Shown: positions 1-9,609, counted from the first letter of the stretch. The stretch: DNA of 64,000 bases from a virus (IMGVR_UViG_3300005077_000001:1-64000); one strand, 5' to 3'. Numbers and translations are program-made. Notes: generated from the letters alone by a model not told the origin.

Positions 1-311
1 TCAATGTCCAACAATACTAGTGAGTGTGAGTATTTGCCATTTTCTTTTATGGTTTTTACTAATCTCACGATGGCAGGGCTTTCCACTGCTTTAATGCTGG
101 CAGCAGAATACATCAATTCTTGTGGAGAACCTATTGCGTCTCTATGTAGTTTTTCTACAACTCCTTTTCTGTTGTCATATATTGGTAAGTAATGTGACCT
201 ACTTCCAACAACATAGACAACGAATCCTCGTTCTTTATCCACCCTTAAATCGGATAGGGTTGTTGCAAGACCTTCTATCTTGCATTTTAATTCCATTACT
301 ATTTCTTTCAT
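1..311 (-). CDS. Hypothetical protein, runs off the left edge
   Basis: Minus-strand ATG at 311 after GGAG; open frame MKEIVMELKCKIEGLATTLSDLRVDKERG... to window edge. Confidence 0.6.
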   Translation of the reverse strand, partial: MKEIVMELKCKIEGLATTLSDLRVDKERGFVVYVVGSRSHYLPIYDNRKGVVEKLHRDAIGSPQELMYSAASIKAVESPAIVRLVKTIKENGKYSHSLVLLDI

Positions 312-733
312 GATGTCTCCAATCCACAATTAAATTTCTAACCTCCAAAAACAACCCAATACTACAAATTTAATTACACAATGCAGCCAGCTATATTTTT
401 CCTCCTTTCTAAAAAAAAGTAATGGGGCTATACAAATAGTGGAAGGACACCTTGCATAACCCCGTTGTAGAGAAAGACGACAAAGACAGTGCCGAACACA
501 GGAGAACCCGATAGGAGGTTATAGACATATAACCCCTTTAAGTATAAATATAATGGGGTTCGTGGGTTACTTTGTAACCTGCCGAACCTTTTTTATACTT
601 CAAAAAGGTAGAGGGGCCAAAGAAAAAAGATAAAAAGAAAGTTAATTGCACATTTTTTCATGTGCGTGTTATATATCCCATCATTATTATATTGGGTTAG
701 TGGGAAGAAAAAGAAGGTACAAGAAAAAGAAAA

Positions 734-874
734 TTAACCTAATTCTTTAAAATTCTGGTCAATGATTTCCATTTCTTCTTTGGTGAATGATTCAGCATTC
801 TCAATGAAATAACAATACATATCTTGTAGTATTTTTATTTCCTCATCTGTAAATTTAAATGGTTCACGTTCCAT
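734..874 (-). CDS. Small acidic hypothetical protein (46 aa)
   Basis: MEREPFKFTDEE... part of ORF 734..1018; start overlaps the stop of the HTH gene. Confidence 0.5.
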   Translation of the reverse strand: MEREPFKFTDEEIKILQDMYCYFIENAESFTKEEMEIIDQNFKELG

Positions 875-1145
875 TGTTTTCCTCCTGTTTTTTGAACTCA
901 CGAACTTTAGTATCAACACACATGAAAAGTTCAAAAGCATTCTCAGTAAAATCTCCATGCTCCACCGAATGAACTTTTTCAGGAGCCCATCCAAGCAATT
1001 CAGCAAATTTCTTTTCACTCATACTTAAATGAGAACGCAACCAATATACTTGCTGAGCTACTTCTAATCTTTCTTTTGCAGTTTTCATAGTGAGTTTTAG
1101 TTCTGGGTCTCGTTCTCTTATTCTTCTACACAGTTCCTCGTTCAC
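864..1145 (-). CDS. XRE-family helix-turn-helix regulator
   Basis: LRSHLSMSEKKFAELLGWAPEKVHSVEHG fits the HTH_3 pattern. Confidence 0.7.
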   Translation of the reverse strand: MNEELCRRIRERDPELKLTMKTAKERLEVAQQVYWLRSHLSMSEKKFAELLGWAPEKVHSVEHGDFTENAFELFMCVDTKVREFKKQEENNGT

Positions 1146-1911
1146 TGTTTTCCTCCAATCGTTTGATGGTTAGATTAAAGTATTCCTCATCTATTTCACA
1201 ACCTAGGAATTCAAATCCTAATCTATCGCAAACCACAGCAGTTGTTCCTGACCCCAGGAATGGATCTAAAACTACACCTTTATTCCCATGTAGTTTTAAA
1301 CAATATTCAACTAGTTCTTCTGGATAAGACGCTGGGTGTTGAAGCTTCTGCTGTCTTGTTTTGTAAGGTATAAATAGAGCGTTACCTCTGCATCGTTTGT
1401 CTTGTTTATCTGACCAACGTTTTATATTGGTCTTATCTTTATATGGTGTTCCAACAGCTAATCGATCAATCTCAACTGTTCCTTCTTTTGTATAATGATA
1501 TATAGATTCAACAGCATCAGATACAAATCTTTTGCTGTTTATTGGCTTGATATTCCCGTAACTTTCCTCTTCAAACACAATTGATTTCACCCAATACAAA
1601 TGGTTTTGTAGGGTAAAATACTTACGAAATATATTAGCCACGTCCATTCCAACCCAAGGGTCACTAGGTTTACTACCTAGATTTATGAACATAGACCCTG
1701 ATGGGGATAGGACCCTGCGTAGTTCGTTAGCAATAGTTGACATACATTCTAAATAATCTTCTCGTGGAATTGTATCATTATATTTTGAATACATGATTCC
1801 TAAATTGTATGGTGGTGAGGTTATAATGATGTCAATTGATTCTGCTTTTATTTTTTGAAGTGTAATTAAACAATCCCCTAAATATAATTCAATTCCATTC
1901 CTTTTCCACAT
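1126..1911 (-). CDS. Orphan N4-C/N6-A DNA methyltransferase (beta class)
   Basis: Catalytic TSPPY near N-terminus, HPASYP, SAM-binding DPFLGSGTT near C-terminus. Confidence 0.92.
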   Translation of the reverse strand: MWKRNGIELYLGDCLITLQKIKAESIDIIITSPPYNLGIMYSKYNDTIPREDYLECMSTIANELRRVLSPSGSMFINLGSKPSDPWVGMDVANIFRKYFTLQNHLYWVKSIVFEEESYGNIKPINSKRFVSDAVESIYHYTKEGTVEIDRLAVGTPYKDKTNIKRWSDKQDKRCRGNALFIPYKTRQQKLQHPASYPEELVEYCLKLHGNKGVVLDPFLGSGTTAVVCDRLGFEFLGCEIDEEYFNLTIKRLEENSERGTV

Positions 1912-2287
1912 AAATATACTCCTGAATGTTTGCTCTTGGGAAATTTAATTCATTAAATTTTCCCATACAATAGCATTCAAGTAGGATAATCTTTTTTAAT
2001 AATTTACCCTAAATTATCTTTTTATTGGGAAAGTGGGTACTTTCTATAAAAAGGATACCACACACAGTTGCGCGCGCTAGCATAAAACGCGCATAAAATT
2101 CACGTAAATCATTAAATATAATTAGACTAATCCCCTCTCAATATTAATAATATTATCGGCAGTTATAAACTGCCCTCTGTACCCCAATATATTTTAATGT
2201 TGATGGGGTATATAATTTTATATTTTAATGTGCATGGGGTTATCATCCGCTATTTGGCGGAACAACAAACCAAAAGGAGGTTTCTAT

Positions 2288-2869
2288 TTGTTAGTACCTG
2301 TTGTAATTGAAAAGACTTCTTCAGGGGAAAGATCTTATGATTTGTATTCCAGATTGCTCAAAGAACGAATTGTGTTCTTTGGATCTGATGTTAATCCTTA
2401 TTCAGCCAACGTAACAGTGGCTCAACTACTCTATCTGGAATCTGTTTCTCCTGAGTCGGATATCAATTTATATATCAATAGCCCTGGTGGAACTGTTACT
2501 GATGCTTTTGCAATTTATGATGCAATGAATTATATTAAATCAGATGTTGCAACCATTGCTTTAGGGCAAGCAGCATCAGCTGGAGCATTTCTTCTGTCAG
2601 CAGGAGCAAAAGGAAAGAGATTTGCTTTGCCTAATTCTAGGATTATGATTCACCAACCTAGTGGTGGAGCTGGAGGTCCAGCAACAGATATACAAATACA
2701 CGCTAAAGAAATATTGAGAATGAAAGCTACTCTAAATCAATTGTTTGCTGACCATACGGGCCAACCGTTGGAGAAAATTGAGGAAGATATGGAACGTGAT
2801 AAATTTCTTACTTCACAACAAGCTCTTGACTATGGAATCATAGACCACATTATATCCAGGCGCGCATAA
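2288..2869 (+). CDS. clpP: ATP-dependent Clp protease proteolytic subunit
   Basis: TTG start after GGAGG gives [28 protein letters not shown]; YINSPGG, AASAGA (Ser), IMIHQP (His), DMERD (Asp) intact. Confidence 0.97.
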   Translation: MLVPVVIEKTSSGERSYDLYSRLLKERIVFFGSDVNPYSANVTVAQLLYLESVSPESDINLYINSPGGTVTDAFAIYDAMNYIKSDVATIALGQAASAGAFLLSAGAKGKRFALPNSRIMIHQPSGGAGGPATDIQIHAKEILRMKATLNQLFADHTGQPLEKIEEDMERDKFLTSQQALDYGIIDHIISRRA

Positions 2870-2895
2870 ATACATTTTTTAGTACCTTCTAGAAA

Positions 2896-3579
2896 ATGTA
2901 CCCTCTTACCCTTTTAGTAATGATGGGATGTATTATTATTACACACAGGAGGTTTAAATTGAAAAATAAATTTGTAATGGTAGTTCTACTATTGTGTTTG
3001 GCTACTCCTTGTCAAGCACTAAATACTGAGAATGCTGTATTATGTTTCTATGATAAAGTAGTAGCCAAAATAAACTGCTACTATCCTGGTCCAATTGCAA
3101 ATGAGTTGGCTAAATTTGCAATGATGAGACAACTACATGAAGATGGAAATAAACCACATGACTATTCTGTTCCTGGTTTGGGATGTGGTGAACCCATCAA
3201 ATCTATTGTTTATTCAACTCCAACCCTTCTACAGATTGGGAGGGTGGTTGATTCAGAAGGCATGTCGTTGTACAGTTTCAAAGGTGAATTAGCAAACACG
3301 CATGCTTGCTTGTTGATTGCTAAGTTCTTTGACTATCTTATCTGCAATTTTTTATCATTCAAACCAATTGATAAGTATAATTGGGAAAGAGCAAAAAAGA
3401 TTTCTGAATTGTTAGAAAAAGAGATGCAGTTGGAAAGATTGTATTCTTACTTAAACACATCCACTAAAATAATTCCCTTGATAAAAAGGGCAAACAGTAT
3501 GTATGGTCCAATGGGAAGTGAACTTAATCGGAGAGTCGATGAACTTCGGCCTCTGTTTGCAATACGCGGGTGTTTATAA
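2896..3579 (+). CDS. Hypothetical protein with predicted signal peptide (likely TTG start about 2959)
   Basis: 227-aa ORF; AGGAGG before TTG; hydrophobic N-terminus. Confidence 0.6.
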   Translation: MYPLTLLVMMGCIIITHRRFKLKNKFVMVVLLLCLATPCQALNTENAVLCFYDKVVAKINCYYPGPIANELAKFAMMRQLHEDGNKPHDYSVPGLGCGEPIKSIVYSTPTLLQIGRVVDSEGMSLYSFKGELANTHACLLIAKFFDYLICNFLSFKPIDKYNWERAKKISELLEKEMQLERLYSYLNTSTKIIPLIKRANSMYGPMGSELNRRVDELRPLFAIRGCL

Positions 3580-3635
3580 ATATATTTAATGTACTAAGGA
3601 TAGAACGAACAACTCAAGAAAGGAGTAAGGTATTC

Positions 3636-3899
3636 ATGAAAAGGTTATCTATCCTGAGTATTTGTATAGTAGTTTCCATTTTGGTTGCTGCTACTTTCTC
3701 TGTTGCTCGGGGACCGATTGACTACAATCCGTACAACGGCCGTCCCGATTACAACCCGAACAATCCTGGTGGTGGAGCAATATCGGTTGGTGAAGCTAAC
3801 CACTACTATCAGGAAGCCATTCGGGAATGTCAAAGTTTCTGTGCCAGAAATGCACGGAATGAAGTTCAATATCGGTGGTGTATTTCCGGCTGCCGATAG
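3636..3899 (+). CDS. Small secreted Cys-rich protein
   Basis: AAGGAG RBS; signal-like MKRLSILSICIVVSILVAATFSVA; C-terminal CxxxC...CxxxC. Confidence 0.6.
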   Translation: MKRLSILSICIVVSILVAATFSVARGPIDYNPYNGRPDYNPNNPGGGAISVGEANHYYQEAIRECQSFCARNARNEVQYRWCISGCR

Positions 3900-3937
3900 T
3901 TCAGAACGTACGTGCATAGGAATATGAACAATTTATA

Positions 3938-4580
3938 GCCCGAGTAGAAGCTCTCTTCTGGTAGAAAGGTGGTGAGATCATGAAGAGGTGGTAGACATCA
4001 ACAATACTAATGACATGAGCTACCGGCGATTAGTAATAGGGTAAGAGAAAAGGAAGTAGGAAAAAAGAGGCCATGAAAACACGAATAAATCAATTTCTTT
4101 TTCTATATAGCCCATCCCTCGGCAGCTAGGGGAATCATGGGGGAGGTGACAACCTGCAATCGAGTTCCGCAGGGGAATAGCTGGTAGCTGCCTTCCAATG
4201 GAAAGGCATACAATCTCCGGTATCCGGCTTAATTCCATCGAGGGAAACGAGCCAAGGGGGTAAACCTCTAAGGGTATATAAGCTCTTAATTTACCTGTCC
4301 TCTTCCAGCGGAGGGTTGCAGGATTAGTGACTAGTTACTTACCTTATGGCATCATTGCCACTTCCCAGGAGTAACTAGAGCTGGCTTATTGCAAACATCT
4401 TGTGACCTTCTAGAGTTTCGGGCTCGCCCAAGTTCGGGAAACGTAGAAGCTCAGCTTGATCAACTGGGTGGAGTTACCAAGGAATGCGGGCAGCTTCAGC
4501 GCAAATCACAAGATGATGGTACCATTTGCAATAAGAAAAATCTATCCGGGGAGGGTAAAACCTCCCCCACCCATTGAGGT
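3938..4580 (+). ncRNA. Candidate large structured ncRNA (about 430-640 nt), family unknown
   Basis: No credible ORF; perfect helices 4138-4147/4560-4569, 4385-4395/4525-4535, 4396-4405/4506-4515, 4331-4339/4370-4378, 4121-4128/4185-4192, 4153-4159/4316-4322. Confidence 0.7.
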
Positions 4581-4782
4581 ACAAAATGAAAAATAAAAAA
4601 GGGAAGAAGAAATTAGTACCAAGAAATATTCTTATTCCGAGTATGAGGTTACATTGCAAACCAGGGCCTCATAAGGATAAGAAAAAGCAAGCATCAAAGA
4701 AGGCTTGCCGATTTAAAATTAATATTCAAATATAAATACCTACCATCATGGTAGGAACAGTTAAGTGTCCAGGGGGTTATGG

Positions 4783-5046
4783 ATGCCGAATTTGATCGGT
4801 AATTTGGATCGAGTGGCGGTAGGAAGTTCAGAATATTGGGAGATTTTGGGACTCAGGGCTGTCTCCCTATGTACTGGGCTGGATGAGTTCTTGAAGGCAA
4901 GTGAATTACCATTAACTGTTCTCCACCAAGCAATTAAGGTAGCTGAACGAAAGAAAGGACCTTCCTCATCGACGATGAGGGGCCTGAAGTTCTTGATGGG
5001 ATTGAAAGAGAAAGAAGAATCCGATAATAAGTCGGAGGTGGCGTAA
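4783..5046 (+). CDS. Hypothetical protein
   Basis: ATG after AGGGGG; stop overlaps the next ATG. Confidence 0.6.
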   Translation: MPNLIGNLDRVAVGSSEYWEILGLRAVSLCTGLDEFLKASELPLTVLHQAIKVAERKKGPSSSTMRGLKFLMGLKEKEESDNKSEVA

Positions 5047-5225
5047 TGGCAGCGCCTATATTGTTGAAAGAGGTAATGCCAGGATTCCGGTATCGTACTC
5101 CAAAAGGAATTGTTGTGGAGGGACCAAGAGATCTGTTAATTGAAAGACTATTAAAAGAAGTGCTAGGGGCTGATGTCTTCGATCGGCCTGATCGAGAAGA
5201 CAGTTGGTTAGCACATAGTATATAA
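5046..5225 (+). CDS. Hypothetical protein (59 aa)
   Basis: GGAGG RBS; MAAPILLKEVMPGFRYRTPKG...; followed by a hairpin. Confidence 0.55.
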   Translation: MAAPILLKEVMPGFRYRTPKGIVVEGPRDLLIERLLKEVLGADVFDRPDREDSWLAHSI

Positions 5226-5239
5226 CACGTAATACTATG

Positions 5240-5265
5240 AGGAACCACCAGCAAAGGTGGTTCCT
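5240..5265 (+). terminator. Hairpin terminator candidate
   Basis: AGGAACCACC/GGTGGTTCCT 10-bp inverted repeat; T-tail is weak. Confidence 0.55.
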
Positions 5266-5397
5266 TAATAAAAGCCTTATGGTTAGTACCCTCTAACCCA
5301 AGGATTTTATTTAAAAGTACAATAGGGTAGTTATATTTAAAAGTATCATAGGATTAGTTTTTACGCTACATCCTATAATACCTAATTGGAGGAACAA

Positions 5398-5574
5398 ATG
5401 GCTCCCTTAAGTGCAAAGGAAACATTGATCGTTGCTGGTGTAACTTCTTTGGTGTGGAGTTTAGGTATAGGAATGGTGAAACTCTACAAACACTTTTTCA
5501 AAGAAGTTGCTGATCCAGCTGGAGCGGGAACAACAAACAGGAATGAAATCCTTTTCAGGAAATTTTCCCTTTAG
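5398..5574 (+). CDS. Small membrane protein
   Basis: GGAGG RBS; hydrophobic LIVAGVTSLVWSLGIGMV. Confidence 0.6.
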   Translation: MAPLSAKETLIVAGVTSLVWSLGIGMVKLYKHFFKEVADPAGAGTTNRNEILFRKFSL

Positions 5575-5633
5575 GTTTTTAGTTTGTTATTTAAGTAACT
5601 CACTACATAACACATTAACTTAAGGAGTAAACG

Positions 5634-6092
5634 ATGGACACTAGGCAGTTTCAAGCGTTCCTACTACATCAATTGAAAAACTATGGAGTGGAAGATACCA
5701 TTCCAATTTGGAGTCATTACTATCGAGTCACTTGCAAAGGACAGAAAGAGTTGGCAGCTACCAGTTGTGTCCTTATTTCCAAAGCAGATTTTCATCCTAT
5801 AAGTAAGGGGATGGCTGTTGTTTCTTCCAGAGATAACGGCGACAAAGTGATTGGTCGTTGGTTGTCTTTGCAGCGTGCTTGTGAAGGAATGCTTGAGAAG
5901 AAAGATAGCCAAGAGAAAATTCGTACGAAACAAACAATCCTTGGCTTTGAAGCACTACCCAAGAGACACGGTTCCTTCTCATTCAAGAAAAGCATCTACC
6001 TCAAGAATGAACTCAACTGGCCCACTTTCCTAAGCGAACAAGAATTCAAGAATGTGACAAAGAAACAGAGGACAAAGCAACTCGTAGCTTAA
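5634..6092 (+). CDS. Hypothetical protein
   Basis: 152-aa ORF with AAGGAG RBS. Confidence 0.7.
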   Translation: MDTRQFQAFLLHQLKNYGVEDTIPIWSHYYRVTCKGQKELAATSCVLISKADFHPISKGMAVVSSRDNGDKVIGRWLSLQRACEGMLEKKDSQEKIRTKQTILGFEALPKRHGSFSFKKSIYLKNELNWPTFLSEQEFKNVTKKQRTKQLVA

Positions 6093-6099
6093 TGTCTTT

Positions 6100-6175
6100 G
6101 GTTCCGTAGCTCAGTTGGTAGAGCACCCGGCTCATAACCGGATGGTCCTTGGTTCGAACCCAAGCGGAACCACCA
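6100..6175 (+). tRNA. tRNA with CAT anticodon, probably Ile2 (lysidine type), possibly elongator Met
   Basis: GGTTCCG/CGGAACC acceptor, CTCATAA loop, GTTCGAA T-loop, encoded CCA; G1-C72 excludes initiator. Confidence 0.9.
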
Positions 6176-6180
6176 ACTGC

Positions 6181-6255
6181 TCACCGATAGCTCAATGGTA
6201 GAGCAACGGGCTGTTAACTCGTGGGTTGTAGGTTCGAGTCCTACTCGGTGAGCCA
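6181..6255 (+). tRNA. tRNA-Asn(GTT)
   Basis: TCACCGA/TCGGTGA acceptor, CTGTTAA loop, G73, CCA. Confidence 0.95.
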
Positions 6256-6262
6256 ACCACGT

Positions 6263-6349
6263 GCCTGAGTGGTGGAATTGGTAGACACAAGGGACTTAAA
6301 ATCCCTTGGAGCTTGCTCCGTGACAGTTCGAGTCTGTCCTCAGGCACCA
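6263..6349 (+). tRNA. tRNA-Leu(TAA)
   Basis: GCCTGAG/CTCAGGC acceptor, CTTAAAA loop, long variable arm, CCA. Confidence 0.95.
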
Positions 6350-6366
6350 CGCTTTAAACAATATAA

Positions 6367-6861
6367 ATGAAGGGAGAGACAATGAAGCTTATACTCTGTC
6401 CCCACTGCGGAGACGTTGTTAAACTTACGATTAGGGTCCCGCGTTTTTGTGAGTGTGGAAAAAGTTGGGGCCAATACCACAAAGATGGACTCAACGCTGA
6501 CATCGGTGGAGAAGCTATCCCTTTGGGATTTGCTAACCAGTCTTTTATCAAAGCATTGAAAGACAGACCAGAAGAAGGGGAGGGGTCAAGATTTGAGGCC
6601 TTCGTTATCCCCAAGAAAGCTTCGTCTATGCATAAGAAAAAAGATGCCCCAAGACCCCTCAAAACATGGGTTGCCAGTCTGTGGGGAACTATGATGATAT
6701 TTGTTGCTCCCACTCATGCGGAAGTGGTTGAGCACATTCTGGAGAAGGGTTACGTAGAAGGCATTGGTCCTGTAGATTTGGGAGAACACATTTGGGAACT
6801 ACCCTCTGGCGGCTATCCAGAGAATAAAGTAACCTTGATCTGTAAAGGAAAGAGAGAATGA
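6367..6861 (+). CDS. Hypothetical protein with N-terminal CxxC zinc-ribbon
   Basis: CPHCG...CECG motifs. Confidence 0.7.
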   Translation: MKGETMKLILCPHCGDVVKLTIRVPRFCECGKSWGQYHKDGLNADIGGEAIPLGFANQSFIKALKDRPEEGEGSRFEAFVIPKKASSMHKKKDAPRPLKTWVASLWGTMMIFVAPTHAEVVEHILEKGYVEGIGPVDLGEHIWELPSGGYPENKVTLICKGKRE

Positions 6862-7079
6862 GGGTACCAGAACCAACACAGCTTTACCAGCATTTCAAAG
6901 GTGACTTTTATTTGATTATGGGAGTGGGAAGACACACAGAAACTGGAGAGTGGATGGTGTGTTTCCGAGAGGCTTCTGCTGGAGTTTATTGGTTTAGACC
7001 TTTGAGCATGTGGAACGAAGAAGTAGAATATGAAGGAAAAATGATTCCTAGGTTTAAGCTGATAACAGTGAATATATAG
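6858..7079 (+). CDS. DUF1653-like protein
   Basis: YQHFKGDFY...RHTETGE.MV...WFRPLSMW.EEVE...PRF pattern. Confidence 0.8.
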   Translation: MRVPEPTQLYQHFKGDFYLIMGVGRHTETGEWMVCFREASAGVYWFRPLSMWNEEVEYEGKMIPRFKLITVNI

Positions 7080-7139
7080 GCTGCCGTAATCAAATGGCTG
7101 AAGAAACTGGATGTCTTTCACATAAAGAAAGGAAAAATA

Positions 7140-7361
7140 ATGACACAAGAGGTGCTTTTCGCTTTGATGGTGGGAATTACTTTTGTATGGAGTATAGTAG
7201 GGTATCTACTCCTTTCAAGAGAAAATGTGAGAAACAATGCTTACTATACCCAAAAAATATATAACCTCCATGCCATAATTTTTGAGGTTATAAATATGTT
7301 TCCACCAGAAAAAAGCCGTGAATGCTTGGATAATATCAAGAACAAACTTGAAGAGGGGTGA
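7140..7361 (+). CDS. Small membrane protein
   Basis: N-terminal hydrophobic helix; AAGGA RBS. Confidence 0.55.
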   Translation: MTQEVLFALMVGITFVWSIVGYLLLSRENVRNNAYYTQKIYNLHAIIFEVINMFPPEKSRECLDNIKNKLEEG

Positions 7362-7402
7362 CAAAATTATGTCAACAAAAGTAGAAGCAAGCTGAAAGAT
7401 CA

Positions 7403-7720
7403 ATGGACAATTGTAGAAGAGTTGTTGCAGATTATAAAGGAGGAGTAATGCGTATCTATCGTATTTCTTCGTATGATGGAGAGGAACATAAAACAGTAGA
7501 AATAAATCTGAGTGATGTTCCTCAATGGGGAGCAATACGAGAATTTCTGCAAAGCAGGAATTATAAAAAGATCCTTCACACTATTGCAGAAATGAAGGAG
7601 GATGGAAAGATAACCAGGGAAATTTGTTTTGATTCTCAAGGCAACACGGATTTGAATAAGATGGACCCAGTTGCAAGAGAATTGGTCAAGAAATTTGATC
7701 AACGGAGGCACAAACCATAA
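7403..7720 (+). CDS. Hypothetical protein
   Basis: 105-aa ORF; stop overlaps the next ATG. Confidence 0.6.
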   Translation: MDNCRRVVADYKGGVMRIYRISSYDGEEHKTVEINLSDVPQWGAIREFLQSRNYKKILHTIAEMKEDGKITREICFDSQGNTDLNKMDPVARELVKKFDQRRHKP

Positions 7721-8163
7721 TGGATATCAGAAGTGGCAGGGGATGGCCATCCTCAGCATTAAGTAACTTTGCTCCTCATCCTTTTGAGTTGGATGGAGTG
7801 GAGATTACCTCAATGGAGGGATTCTTACAGTCACTTAAATTCAAAAACACAGAGTTACAACGATACATCTGTACATTAGTAGGTAAGAAAGCTAAGTTTG
7901 CTGGTAAGAAAAAGAAATGGTAGATTACTGGCAAACTTTATTGGAATGGGGAGGAATATGATAGGTTTGGTAAAGAATACCAATTACTCTTAGACAGAGC
8001 ATACCTTGCTATGTTTTGTAACAATACATCTGCAAGAAAAGCTCTTGCGGCAACGGGCAAATCTCTACTCACCCACACTATAGGCAAAAAGGATCAGAAA
8101 ACTACAATCTTGACTGAAGCAGAATTCTGCTCAAGATTGATGAAGATTAGAGCAGAGTTGTAA
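7720..8163 (+). pseudogene. NADAR-family (T4 gp30.3-like) gene interrupted by an in-frame TAG at 7921-7923
   Basis: WPSSALSNFAPHPF..DG...MEGFLQ..K; same frame continues after TAG with LYWNG...TILTEAEF to TAA at 8161-8163, giving 147 codons. Confidence 0.8.
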
Positions 8164-8180
8164 GGAGATCAAGGAGCTAT

Positions 8181-8735
8181 TTGATGAAAGATTACCATAT
8201 TACCAAAGTATACTTTCCTGGAGTTACTTTTTCATATGAAGTTTACGAAGATATCTTCATGAACGGAGAAGTTAGGCTATTCAAAAATAGAAAAGTCTTC
8301 GTTCATGAAATCCCAACCCAGCTTCTTCCTCCACCTTATTGCTTGACACCAGGAACTAAACATTGTTGGTTCCCTGTTGGCAGAGTAGTGTGGAACGTCA
8401 CTCATCCAGATGATATTGCAATGCCTTGGGAGCAGATACACCACGACACTGATAAGTTGAACAACTGTCCGTATAACCTTATCAAATTGCATAAGAATGA
8501 TCATAAAAAATTACATAAGCAAAGAAATCCGCCCACACTTTCATCCAAGATACCAAATGAACTTATAGATTTCATTGATGATAATATGTACAAAATGTGC
8601 AAAAGCTCAATACTACGTAAACTTAGGGAACTGTTTCCTGACAGTTATCCATCTCGTTCTGCTTTCAAAAGGATATTCAGAAAAGTACGGCGTAAACGTT
8701 TAATTGATGAGTTTAAATTGGTGGTGAATCAATGA
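8181..8735 (+). CDS. HNH endonuclease (HNH_3-like)
   Basis: IHHDTDKLNNCPYNLIKLHKNDHKKLH. Confidence 0.75.
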   Translation: MMKDYHITKVYFPGVTFSYEVYEDIFMNGEVRLFKNRKVFVHEIPTQLLPPPYCLTPGTKHCWFPVGRVVWNVTHPDDIAMPWEQIHHDTDKLNNCPYNLIKLHKNDHKKLHKQRNPPTLSSKIPNELIDFIDDNMYKMCKSSILRKLRELFPDSYPSRSAFKRIFRKVRRKRLIDEFKLVVNQ

Positions 8736-9169
8736 TCTCAAAAAAGAAATACGAAAAGTTATTGATGGTATGGCTGAGATGTAGACGAGTGACGCGTGAT
8801 GGAAACATCTACATCAAATTCAAAAGACAGTTCTTCAAAGAATCCAGAGTGGTATATCAACTGCACCACCCTGATGAAGATATATCTGGATTTGATATTC
8901 ATCACAAGGATGTTAATCGTGCAAACAATCATCCTTCAAACCTACAGAAAATTAGCAATATAGATCACATTAAGTTGCACAACAAAGAGCAACTTATAAG
9001 TGCAGCAAGAAGACTTTCGAAGAATATTAAAAACCTGGTACTTAGGGAGCTGCTGGATGGAATTCCAGCAGGTATAATCACAAAAAGGTACAACGTCACA
9101 AGAACAGAGGTTACCTCTGTGTTGTTGTACCACAACAGAAACGTGCAGGAGGTTAGTCATGTTGGATGA
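8732..9169 (+). CDS. HNH endonuclease (HNH_3-like) with C-terminal HTH
   Basis: IHHKDVNRANNHPSNLQKISNIDHIKLH. Confidence 0.85.
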   Translation: MISKKKYEKLLMVWLRCRRVTRDGNIYIKFKRQFFKESRVVYQLHHPDEDISGFDIHHKDVNRANNHPSNLQKISNIDHIKLHNKEQLISAARRLSKNIKNLVLRELLDGIPAGIITKRYNVTRTEVTSVLLYHNRNVQEVSHVG

Positions 9170-9309
9170 TCCTGTGTTGCTGTTTTTGGAGGCACAATTC
9201 CTATTCTATGGGGAAATGTCCGAAGGGGCTAAGTCCTGTAGTGAGAGAATTGCACTAGGAGAAAAACAAAGCATAGTTAATGAACTCATAACAGAAAGGA
9301 ACAAACAAC

Positions 9310-9609
9310 TTGCGTCTATGGCTAGATGATCGACGCCCAGCCCCACCTGGTTGGACTCAAGTTACAAAAGCGGAAGACATTATTAATTTCCTCTCAATCT
9401 TCGGAGATAAAATAACCCATATCAGCCTTGATCATGACCTCGGGTATTACAGGACTGGGTATGATGTGGTTTGTTGGATTGAAGAAATGGTAATTGAGAG
9501 TGGATTCATCCCACCTGAGATCTATGTGCACTCTAACAATCCAGTCGGGAGAGCACGTATGGAAGCAGGAATTCAAAGTATCAAAAGGAAGCTTCAATGT
9601 ATTGAGTAA
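9310..9609 (+). CDS. Cyclic-phosphate-processing receiver-like domain protein
   Basis: LWLDD.RP.P..W, ISLDHDLG, TGYDVVCWIEE, VHSNNPVG pattern. Confidence 0.85.
   Translation: MRLWLDDRRPAPPGWTQVTKAEDIINFLSIFGDKITHISLDHDLGYYRTGYDVVCWIEEMVIESGFIPPEIYVHSNNPVGRARMEAGIQSIKRKLQCIE

Noticed and set aside
1126-1911. Restriction-modification system
   Set aside because: No cognate restriction endonuclease is adjacent; treated as an orphan phage methyltransferase
3900-4580. RNase P RNA or group II intron
   Set aside because: ATCCGGCTTA and GGTAAACC resemble RNase P pieces but are in the wrong order and GAGGAAAGTCC is absent; the 3' hairpin resembles domain 6 but there is no domain 5 and no interrupted gene
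4020-4659. Short ORFs 4020..4238, 4389..4577 and 4474..4659
   Set aside because: No RBS, atypical composition; they overlap the strongly paired RNA candidate
7080-7130. Degenerate tRNA (GGCTGCCGTAATCAAATGG...)
   Set aside because: Resembles a tRNA 5' half only; no T-arm or matching acceptor 3' strand
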